NCBI GenBank assembly: GCA_963832165.1
Contig: CAWHTE010000011.1
Location: forward strand, 704,001-768,000
Direction: 5' to 3'
DNA: 64,000 nucleotides
From: an uncultured delta proteobacterium
GTDB lineage: Bacteria > Myxococcota_A > UBA9160 > SMWR01
A program made the position numbers and the translations under genes. The notes below the pieces were generated by a model. It did no database searches and was not told where the DNA came from. It saw only the letters and a program-made list of their open reading frames with translations. Position 1 is the stretch's first letter. The number at the start of each line of letters is the position of its first letter. Shown one piece after another: positions 30,266-38,554 of this stretch.

Positions 30266-31534
30266 ATGCGTCTCGGAATCACCCGCGGCTCCGTGCTGTT
30301 CCTCCTGCTGGGTTTCGCCGTCGGTTGGTTCGCAGGGCAGGGTCGCGTGCCGCTGCTCGGCATCTCCCGGATCGAATCCCGAATAGGAGAGGCGCTTCGC
30401 GAGCCGGACACGACGCTGCGCTTCGCAGCACTCTCGCGCGCGCTTGGCGGCGTCACGCCCGCGAATCAGTTCGAGGCGTTCGAAGGTCTGGAGGCGAACC
30501 GGGTCGGAATCGGAGAGGGCGAGCTCGACATGGTGATCTACGCGCTCACACGCGTCGATCCTGTCGCAGCCCTCGAGAGGGTGAAGGGCTGGCCGCAGCG
30601 AGGCGATCGGACCTTCGCGCTGCGCGAGGTGATCTATAGCTGGGCGACGATCGACCCTGGGGCGGCGTCGCTCGCCTATCAGGATCAGTTCCAGAAATCC
30701 GGAGACTCCTTCGAGATCCAGCGCAGACTCGTCGCGGGCTGGGCGCACTCCCCGGACCTCGAAGGCGTCACGCGGTACATCTCCGAGCTCGATAGCCCGG
30801 TGCCGCGTCAGGAGCTCGCGACGGAGATCGCGCAGGCGCTCCTCAAGGACGGTGGCGCCGAGGCCGTGATCCGATGGGCCGAAGCCATCAACCCCGACTA
30901 CCCCGAGCGCTTCCGGCGCGACGTGTTCGCCAAGGCAGCGCGTGTGCTCGCTCTCGACGCTCCGTCGGTGGCGGCGCAATGGGTAGGACCCTACGTGCAG
31001 CGCGACGAGGTGCCCAACGGCGCGATCCGCGTGGTGGGAGTCCGATGGGCGGAAGAGGATCCCCAGGCGGCGCTCGATTGGGCGCGCGCGCTCCCCGAAC
31101 ATCGCGAGCGCAATATCGTGATCCACCAGGCGTTTCGCGAGATGCTGCGGCGGGACGCGAACGCGGCCGAGTCATGGATCCGCCAGACCGAGCTGAGGCC
31201 CGGCGACGACGCCCTCCTCGAGAGCTACGCGCAGTGGCTCTCACGCGAGCGGCCGGAGGAGGCGATCGAGTGGGCCGGTCGGATCCAGAGCGAAAAGGAT
31301 CGCACGCGCGCGCTGGCCGCAGTGGGGCGGGTCTGGCATGCGAAGGACGCGCCTGCCGCCGTGGCGTGGCTGGATCGCAGCGGCCTCCCGGAGGAGGCGC
31401 GCAAGGCCGTGCTCGAGCCCCTCGAGCCGCCGCGGCCTCGTGGTCCCGGGGCGATCGCGATGCCGCAGATGCAGCCACCGAATGCCATCCCACTCGACAA
31501 CGGTCGCGCGGGCGGTCCGCCGCCAACCAACTAG
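30266..31534 (+). CDS. Membrane-anchored helical-repeat hypothetical protein
   Basis: RBS AGGAGG; N-terminal TM; repeated W-x3-DP-x-AA-x2-W pattern; Pro-rich tail. Confidence 0.7.
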   Translation: MRLGITRGSVLFLLLGFAVGWFAGQGRVPLLGISRIESRIGEALREPDTTLRFAALSRALGGVTPANQFEAFEGLEANRVGIGEGELDMVIYALTRVDPVAALERVKGWPQRGDRTFALREVIYSWATIDPGAASLAYQDQFQKSGDSFEIQRRLVAGWAHSPDLEGVTRYISELDSPVPRQELATEIAQALLKDGGAEAVIRWAEAINPDYPERFRRDVFAKAARVLALDAPSVAAQWVGPYVQRDEVPNGAIRVVGVRWAEEDPQAALDWARALPEHRERNIVIHQAFREMLRRDANAAESWIRQTELRPGDDALLESYAQWLSRERPEEAIEWAGRIQSEKDRTRALAAVGRVWHAKDAPAAVAWLDRSGLPEEARKAVLEPLEPPRPRGPGAIAMPQMQPPNAIPLDNGRAGGPPPTN

Positions 31535-31591
31535 CCGATAGGCCTCCGCGCAGCTCCACCTCGCTGCGCAGCAGCCGGCGCTCTAGCGGCG

Positions 31592-32776
31592 CTAGCGCGG
31601 ATCGAATTCCACGGGCAGCGCTTCGAGGTGATTGTCGAACAGGTTGACGTAGCGGGGCTCGAAGCCGCGCTGCACACGCAGGTTCGGCAGCCGCGCGAAG
31701 AGCCGGGGAACGCCCTCGCGCAGCGAGCTGCGCGCGATCGGTGCGCCGAGGCAGGCGTGGATGCCGACCCCGAATGACACGTGGCGGTTCGGGTTCCGGT
31801 GGATGTCGAACTCGTCGGGACGATCGAAGACACCCGGATCGCGATTGGCCGCATTGAGAGCCGCGAGCACCATCGAGCCGGCGGGAATCGTGACGCCGCG
31901 CACCTCGACGTCGCGCAGCGTGACCCGGTTCTGGTACGGAATCGGCGCGCGCCAGCGCAGCGTCTCCTCGAGCGCCTGCTGCCAGCCCGACGGATCGGTG
32001 CGCAGCTCTTCCAGTAGCCACGGGCGCGTTGCGAGGTTGTAGACGGCCGTGCTGAGAGCGGCCTGTGTGGTGCCGAGGCCCGCCGGGAGCAGGAACATCA
32101 ACAGGCCATAAATCTCGTCCACGCTGAGCCGGTCGCCCTCGCTCGAACGCGCCTGCACGATCTGACTGACGAAGCTCTCGTCGGGCTCTGCAGTGACGCG
32201 CTCGACGACCACGCGCACCAGCTTCTTGAGTTCGTGCTGCGCGGCCATCGATCGCTCGAGACGGCTCGGATCGCCGGCCGCCTGCACCGGGTCCGCCGCC
32301 GCCTGCTCGAGGAAGAGATGCGCGAGTCGCACCTCGTCATCGATCTCCAGGCCTAGAAGGCGCGCGATGGTCCAGAAAGGCACCTTGCGGCAGAACGTCT
32401 CCATCAGATCGGTGCGGCCGAGACCGGCAATCGCGTCGATCTGCTGATCGATGATCGCGATCAGCTCGCGCTCGACGAACGCCGCGAGCACCTTCGGCTT
32501 GAATGCGGGTTGGACCAATCCGCGGTTGCGGCGGTGCTCGTCACCGTCGAGTTGCATCATGTTGAGCCCGTCGATCGACTCGCGCATCTGTCGGATCAGG
32601 CGGGTGCTGAAGATCTCGTAGTCGCGCACGCGGGAGACGTCTTCGTAACGCGTGAGAAGGTAGGCGGGGAAGTCGACTGCCTGAGGGACCGGCTCGTGCT
32701 CCCGGTAGTGAGCCAGGATGGCGATCGGATCGCTCATCATCTCCGGCGACAGGATTTCGAGCTTCGGTGCGTGCAT
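31592..32776 (-). CDS. Cytochrome P450
   Basis: EETLRW, AANRD, FGVGIHACLG; RBS GGAGG before ATG 32776. Confidence 0.95.
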   Translation of the reverse strand: MHAPKLEILSPEMMSDPIAILAHYREHEPVPQAVDFPAYLLTRYEDVSRVRDYEIFSTRLIRQMRESIDGLNMMQLDGDEHRRNRGLVQPAFKPKVLAAFVERELIAIIDQQIDAIAGLGRTDLMETFCRKVPFWTIARLLGLEIDDEVRLAHLFLEQAAADPVQAAGDPSRLERSMAAQHELKKLVRVVVERVTAEPDESFVSQIVQARSSEGDRLSVDEIYGLLMFLLPAGLGTTQAALSTAVYNLATRPWLLEELRTDPSGWQQALEETLRWRAPIPYQNRVTLRDVEVRGVTIPAGSMVLAALNAANRDPGVFDRPDEFDIHRNPNRHVSFGVGIHACLGAPIARSSLREGVPRLFARLPNLRVQRGFEPRYVNLFDNHLEALPVEFDPR

Positions 32777-33036
32777 GGAAGAACCTCCGGCGCTGGGCAA
32801 CCCTGCCGCAGGAGCGGTTCGGCGAACCCGACTCATTATTACAGTAACACGAGAGCACGTAAAGAATCGAGCCGGAAACGGCGGAGGGGAACGACGTATC
32901 GACGCCCGCCGACCGCAAGATGGTTGGAGACGATCGACTCGGCGGCGAGCTCGGGCGGCGCGCCCGTCACGTAGTCGAGCGGGCGCGCACTGCGGATCGA
33001 GGTCCTCGAGGTTCGGCCTGCGCGACCCAGCGCTCG

Positions 33037-33930
33037 GAGATCGACGACACCACCGGCGGCGGAGTCAACTCGGCCGGCACTGCTTATGCGGCCGAGCAGA
33101 AATGGGTGTTCTTCGCGGTCAGCTACGACGGCAATACGACCACCAACAACGTGAAGTTTTATCGGGGCTACCGAAACGACGCGGAAGCGGGCGGCGGCCC
33201 GGGCTCGGCGGACGTGGCCCTCGTGACCACGACCTCGCTCAACCGGGGCCCGGTCGACGGCGAGAGCGTGGGGTTGAGCGTCGGCAACCGTCCGGCGGGG
33301 GATCGTCCGTTCGACGGCCAGCTGGACGAGATCCGCATCGACGCCGCGCTGCTCGACGCGGCGACGCTCGAGACCGTGCGCGAAGGTGCGCTCGTGGATC
33401 CATCGCCGAGCGGATTGGTTCTCGTCGATACGAACAACGTCGGCACGCAGGTCCTGGATCAGAACGCCGCGACGGTCACGGTGGACGAGCTGAGTGGCGT
33501 CACCTACGACCCGGATCAAGACGTGTTCTGGGCGATCGGGGACAGTGGTGGGCGGCTGCTCAAGATCGAAGCCGACTTCGATTGCGATGGCTTCATCGTC
33601 AATGCCACTGCCGTCTCGGCCGTGACGCTCGCCGACAACCTGGACTTCGAGGGTGTGGCATTCAGCGGTGCCGGCTCGAACCGCGCCTTCATCTGCGACG
33701 AGGGGACCAGCTCGCTGAGCGAGTACGCGCTTTCCGACGGCACCTTCGTCCAGGGCGCGACCGTTCCCGCCGTGTTCGACAACGCGCGATTCAATCGCAG
33801 CTTCGAGGGGCTCGCGCGATCGTCGAGTGGCGAGATGATCGTCGGCGTCGAGCAGGCGTTGACCGTCGACGGCCCGGCCGGGACCTCGAGCACGGTACCG
33901 ACGATCTCCCGCTGGCAGCGCTACGACGCC
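33037..33930 (+). pseudogene. Internal fragment of a secreted LamG + phytase-like/SdiA-regulated beta-propeller protein
   Basis: Within ORF 32920-34200: KWVFFAVSYD...FDGQLDEIRI (LamG C-half), ELSGVTYD, DFEGVA, FEGLA (propeller); both ORF ends look non-homologous; no signal peptide. Confidence 0.55.
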
Positions 33931-34028
33931 GCGCTGGGTCTCGATTGGCCGGACGAAGAGGGAAAGCCCGACAAACGCCTGCTGTTCAAGTGGCAAGCGG
34001 GAAGCTCGCTAGAGCGCGCCACGGTCGC

Positions 34029-34139
34029 TCGTCTGGGCGCTTGGAGGGAGGGGACGCCTGGTGGAGCGCTCCTCCCCTACGGCTTCGTCTGGGCGCTTGG
34101 AGGGAGGGGACGCCTGGTGGAGCGCTCCTCCCCTACGGC
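34029..34139. repeat. Perfect tandem duplication, 2 x 55 bp, period 56
   Basis: TCGTCTGGGCGCTTGGAGGGAGGGGACGCCTGGTGGAGCGCTCCTCCCCTACGGC at 34029-34083 and 34085-34139. Confidence 0.95.
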
Positions 34140-34204
34140 ACGCCGCCCCGCGCCCAAGTACTGCCGACGTCTCCGCATTGGGTTTATCTTGGCGGATTGA
34201 ACAA

Positions 34205-34860
34205 TTGAATAGACGTTATAATTACGTCGAGCGGGAGAAGCAGAGCGCTGATCGGAAGCTTGCTCCAGACGAGTAACCTTACGTTTGTTTAATTAAAGTA
34301 GCCGCGCTTAATCTTTATTTTAGACGGTATTATTACGTAGGAATGGATGCACTGGAATTCCTGGCCTCGAAGGGATAATCACTTAGGGGAGATAGCTGGC
34401 GTTAGGGTAGCCTCCATTCGCCAGGATAAACAAAAACAATGGCATTCCGAGTCAACCTCGGGGCGAAGGAAGTTTAGTTACTTGGACGGACAGAAATCCG
34501 TCACTGTACTGAGTACAGGAGTAGCGCTGAAGAAGACGAAGGAGAAGACGTAGAAAAAGACAGACTCCTTTCAGGGAAAAGGAGGTACGTGCGCGTTCGT
34601 AGCCCAGTTGATAGTGCTGATTTAAAGTTGCGCGAGAACCGAGGGCTGCGAGGATGTTACAGTGCTTGATAAATCACATCTGTATATCTAGTGACGATGC
34701 AATGCGGAAAAGCGCCTCAAACGCATCCATAGCTTTCAACAAAACAGGCTGGTCCTGAATGCTATTAGTGTGTCCGAATTCAGTCTAATCAATTGGCTAG
34801 ACACTGGTTCGATGCGATCTCTAGGTAAGATCCTGGGTTGACGGGCTTTCCAGGGGAAGA
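34205..34860 (+). ncRNA. Candidate large structured non-coding RNA
   Basis: No long ORF; about 15 consecutive stem-loops with G-U pairs on the + strand; A/purine-rich linkers. Confidence 0.4.
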
Positions 34861-34922
34861 AGAAGACGTATTAATAGATATAGGGGTTTAGGAGAGTGTG
34901 AGAGGAAAAGGGGGTATGGGAA

Positions 34923-35222
34923 ATGAAAAAGACAGGTCGAAAGAAAACTGGCGAGAACAAAGGCAAGCTTCTATCAGCTTCCAAGGTAGAGCGCATCCTC
35001 AGCGATATGAAAGTGGACGTAGCGGCTTTCAAGAAGCGCTACGAAGAGGACACCTCCCGAGGCGGACGCCTCCGCACACCTACTCCCAAGCAGATCGCTG
35101 CGGTAGAGCAGTTCCAGAAGACCGGCGACTTGGAGAAACTCAAGGCGGCCCTCAACACCAAGAATCTGCAGACGGCCTATGCCGCTGTGGCACGGGTGAC
35201 GGGCTGGAAAGCTAAGCAATGA
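34923..35222 (+). CDS. Small Lys/Arg-rich hypothetical protein (99 aa)
   Basis: G-rich RBS (AGGGGG) upstream; open 99-codon frame; helical basic sequence. Confidence 0.75.
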   Translation: MKKTGRKKTGENKGKLLSASKVERILSDMKVDVAAFKKRYEEDTSRGGRLRTPTPKQIAAVEQFQKTGDLEKLKAALNTKNLQTAYAAVARVTGWKAKQ

Positions 35223-35330
35223 GCCACTACCGCAGCCGCCAACGGGCAGGGGGCTATATAACCAGGCTGCACGAAATCCGTTCGGGGGCCTCCCAAAACA
35301 GTCCGAATGCAATCAATGGAGGGCAAAAGA

Positions 35331-35684
35331 ATGCCAAGAACAAGAACAACAACTGAATCAATTCCAGAACCGAACTCGACGACATCCGACCTAGAGGCCG
35401 GATCGTCGAAGAAAATCTCCAATATCGCTCCAGTAAGCGATTTCCAGCCTCTAGAAGGCACGCGACCAGACACCCAAAGGCGATAGGAGAAGCTCGCTAA
35501 GGGGTCTGGTCGCAATCCGCTCGATGCGATCAAACTGAAGTGCATCGAATGTTGCGGCTGGGACTTTGTCGAAGCGAAAAGATGCGACATCAAGTGCTGC
35601 CCTTTGTGGTCTATGAATCGCCGGATCTTCCAAGCGGAAGGAAGACCGAAGCGGTCATCCGCAGTCGGGAAGCGTGAGGGATGA
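35331..35684 (+). pseudogene. Cys-rich putative Zn-binding phage-type protein interrupted by in-frame TAG (35484-35486)
   Basis: RBS GGAGGG, then MPRTRTT...TQRR*EKLAKGSGRNPLDAIKLKCIECCGWDFVEAKRCDIKCCPLWSMNRR. Confidence 0.6.
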
Positions 35685-37049
35685 GGGCTCCGCCACCATC
35701 ATCGCGTCGCCCTGAGGAGCAGCTCGGCAACCTAAACGAGATCCCCGGTCTTTTCGATTCGGCTGTTCTGAACGCCGTGTTCGGCTCGCGCAACGATCAT
35801 GGTATGGTGATCGAGATGGCCCAGAAGGTTTCCATCGGGAAGGTTGTCCGCTTCCGCGATCGGTGGCGAATCGACCTGGGCCGGCGGATCGAGCGCGCGG
35901 TCGGCGCTCGATTCATCTACGGCTGGGGGAGCACGACTTCCTTCAAAGACAAGCAGGTCGCGGATCTGGTCCTGCTTCGGATAAAGGCCGAGATCGCGAA
36001 GGGTGGTCGGAAACCTGAGGATGTAGTCCTCGACTTCCTTCCGGCCGGCAAGCACAGCCAGGTGCTCCCGCGCATGAAGAAGTGGCTGGAGCATCTCAAG
36101 AGGCAGGTCGAGAGCGGAGATCGCTCAGGAAACTACACGCGCGACATCGAGCGCTGGCTGGGCGATGGCGAAGGTGCCTACTTCCAATGGTGGAAGGGCA
36201 GGTCGCTGTATGCAGTCGATGAGGCCACGGTCGAGGACTTCGGCGATTGGCTCGCGGAGCAGACGATCGGAGGCGGGATCGCGAAAGGGTCAACCCCTCG
36301 CTGGGAAGACGCGGCGCAACATCATGGCCGCGTTCCACAGCTTCTACGGATGGGCCTGTCGGCGCGACAAGAGGGTCCGGCGACTGGACTGGTTCCCCTG
36401 GCCCGAGGCTGACGAGCCGGACATCCAGACGATCACGGTGGAGGAACAGGACGCGATCCTGGCCGCGATCCCCGAGCGCAAGCGTGGCGTCTTCCTGGCG
36501 ATGCGTCTAGGTGCTCCCCGCCCGAACATGGCGGTAGAGATCCAGGCTAGGGACTACGACCGGAAGACCGGGCTCATCAGCCTGGCTCGTGCGCGAAAGG
36601 GACGGCGCGCGAACTCGCCGGTAGGCAGCACCAAGACGCGGGTGGCGTGGAGCATTCCCGTGGACGAGGAGCTAGCCGACTGGATCGAGAAGCACGTCCC
36701 GAAAGAGGCGTTTCTCCAGGGCCGGCTGCTCTTCGAGAATCCCGACGCAACCAACCCGAGGCGGGCGTGGACGGAATCTCGGCTGCGCACGATTTGGCAG
36801 GAGGCATCCAAGGAAGCAATCGGGCGCAGCGTCCCGATCTACTCCTCGACGAAGCACGTCTTCGCGACGAACGTCATCGCGTCAGGCGGGGCGGAGGGCG
36901 ACTTGATGCAATACCTCGGGCACCGCGACATCCGCTCCACCCGCCGCTACGTGCGCGCAGCTCAGCAGCGCTATGGAAACGTCCAGGCGTTGGGACTCGC
37001 ACGGCGGAAGAAGATCAGCACTGGCGAAGGACAGAGCGACGCGCGCTAG
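35681..37049 (+). CDS. int: Tyrosine recombinase/integrase, split by a +1 frameshift near 36284-36290
   Basis: ORF 35681-36412 gives arm-binding-like and core-binding domains. ORF 36165-37049 gives KTRRNIMAAFHSFYGW, PRP (R), STKT (K), KHVFAT, LGHRDIRSTRRY (H, Y). True start may be about 35804-35816. Confidence 0.88.
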
Positions 37050-37053
37050 TGTT

Positions 37054-37071
37054 GCACACCGCGCGCACACC
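37054..37071 (+). repeat. Putative integrase arm-type sites
   Basis: GCACACC at 37054-37060 and 37065-37071 (11-bp period) between the int stop and att core. Confidence 0.5.
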
Positions 37072-37123
37072 AAAGTTGTCTCGCCTAACTCAGCGAATCA
37101 GCTAGGGTTTGGGGAATTCAACG

Positions 37124-37151
37124 GCGGGTTCGATTCCCGCCGCCTCCACCA
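37124..37151 (+). other. ssrA: 3' fragment of tmRNA (or tRNA-Ala): att core
   Basis: GCGGG-TTCGATT-CCCGC T-arm, then CGCCTCC-A-CCA acceptor strand implying 5' GGGGGCG with G3:U70; no matching 5' part upstream. Confidence 0.75.
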
Positions 37152-37180
37152 CATTCCAGACGGGTACGCGCAGCGTAGAG

Positions 37181-37206
37181 AGTTACATTGTAACCGCAAT
37201 GTAACT
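37181..37206. promoter_or_regulatory. Palindromic operator
   Basis: AGTTACATTG-TAACCG-CAATGTAACT perfect 10-bp inverted repeat with nested GTTACA-T-TGTAAC, 32 nt before ATG 37239. Confidence 0.7.
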
Positions 37207-37238
37207 GCGTTAGCCTCCTGCACCACAGGAGTGAACGC

Positions 37239-38534
37239 ATGACGTCGCTGCTTCCCTCTTATTCCGGCTCGTTCGATCCCGATGTCTCGCTCGCGTCGTT
37301 CTCGCGCCAGATGCTCGCCACGCTCGGGCGCGAGTATCTGCTGAACGGCCACCTGCAAGACCGCGTGGGCATGCCGAAGGTGGTGATCCGGCACGGTCTC
37401 GATCCGCAGACGCAGATCGCGATCGAGGAGTGGATGGCGTCGAGCCCGATCTACTCGAAGCGCACGCAGCGCGCGTTGAACTTCGAAGGCCACGACGTGT
37501 CGACCGTGTTCAAGAATCTGCAGTTCGACATCGGTGCGCCGCACCAGTTCATGGACTTCCAGTTCCGCCTCGACCGCCCCGAGTACGGCGAGTTCTGGCT
37601 CTCGCACTGCGGCGCGCTCATGGACGTGGAGCCGTACGGCGAAGAGCGCGTGCGGCACATGTGCCACGACATCGAAGATCCGACCTTCGATGCCACCGCC
37701 GCTGCGACGCATCCGTGCATGAAGATGCGCGCGATCCACCGACCGCCGCGCGAGCCCTCGCACCGCTACCCGCACTGCCGCTGGGCCGTGTTCATCGACG
37801 GGGAGGGCACCGCGTTCGAGCAGCACCCGAATCTCGCGATCGTGCAGGGCTCGAAGGCCGCGAACGTGCCGGTCGACGTGCCCGCGCGCGACGGCGAGCC
37901 CGGCGGCTGGGCCGATTACTCGGGTCCGTTCGATCCCGGCTTCCAGCTCGAGGACCTCTCGCACCGCGCGCTCGTGATCGCGAACCAGGAGTTCGCGCTG
38001 CAGAGCCATCTGCTCGCTCGCGGCTTCATCCTCTGCTGCGCGCAGCGCTTCGGCGAAGACGCCGCGGCCGAGCTCGCGGAGGGGCAGTGGACGGGGATCG
38101 CCGCTCTGACCGCGGGTCGTCTGCGCGAGCCGCTCGGCATCACCGGCGACGACATCGAGGCGGTCGCGAAAGTCTTCCAGATGCACCCGTGCTTCTTCCC
38201 GCGCACATACGTCGATTTCTCCGTCGAGCTCACGGGCCCGCACAGCGCGCGGATCGCGATCGGCGACTGCCCTGCGCTCGAGGAGGGCGATGCGTACTCG
38301 TGGTTCGCGGGCCTGCGCGCGGCGCCGCATCGCGCGCTCGACGCGATCGCGGGCGCGGTGAACCCGCGCGCGCGCTGCCACCCCGTGGCGAACTCCAATG
38401 ACGCTCGGCTCGCGTGGGACGTCGTGATCGATCCGGACGCTGCGCCGCAGCAGGAGCCCGCCGAGCTCAAGCTCGCAAGGCTCTCGAAGGGCGCGACGTT
38501 CCGGCTCGAGCAGCGCCGGACGCTCCGGAACTAG
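37239..38534 (+). CDS. Conserved hypothetical protein with internal duplication, Cys/His-rich
   Basis: RBS AGGAG; YSGSFDPDVSLASFS vs YSGPFDPGFQLEDLS and DVSTVFKNLQF vs DIEAVAKVFQM repeats; host-like codon usage. Confidence 0.85.
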   Translation: MTSLLPSYSGSFDPDVSLASFSRQMLATLGREYLLNGHLQDRVGMPKVVIRHGLDPQTQIAIEEWMASSPIYSKRTQRALNFEGHDVSTVFKNLQFDIGAPHQFMDFQFRLDRPEYGEFWLSHCGALMDVEPYGEERVRHMCHDIEDPTFDATAAATHPCMKMRAIHRPPREPSHRYPHCRWAVFIDGEGTAFEQHPNLAIVQGSKAANVPVDVPARDGEPGGWADYSGPFDPGFQLEDLSHRALVIANQEFALQSHLLARGFILCCAQRFGEDAAAELAEGQWTGIAALTAGRLREPLGITGDDIEAVAKVFQMHPCFFPRTYVDFSVELTGPHSARIAIGDCPALEEGDAYSWFAGLRAAPHRALDAIAGAVNPRARCHPVANSNDARLAWDVVIDPDAAPQQEPAELKLARLSKGATFRLEQRRTLRN

Positions 38535-38554
38535 GCGGATCGGGAGGCGACGTC

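Larger units (their letters stand above)
34029..37151 (+). mobile_element. Compact integrative element or prophage remnant at a tmRNA/tRNA-Ala-type att site; left boundary uncertain
   Basis: Abrupt GC drop, tyrosine integrase pointing at a T-arm/acceptor 3' fragment, arm-like direct repeats, small orphan genes. Confidence 0.78.

Noticed and set aside
34029..34361. CRISPR array
   Set aside because: No 23-47-bp conserved repeat with unique spacers; the duplication has no spacer; no cas genes in the window
34347..34553. 68-aa ORF in the low-GC tract
   Set aside because: No recognisable motif, weak RBS, overlaps many stems; cannot be fully excluded
35484..35486. Element-wide amber recoding (genetic code 15 or pyrrolysine)
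   Set aside because: The integrase and many host genes end in TAG; reading TAG through did not open a long frame in the parts of 34.2-34.9 kb I translated; no pyl genes seen
37075..37151. Complete tRNA or tmRNA gene
   Set aside because: No 5' acceptor strand (GGGGGCG), D-arm or anticodon arm upstream; only the 3' 28 nt are present
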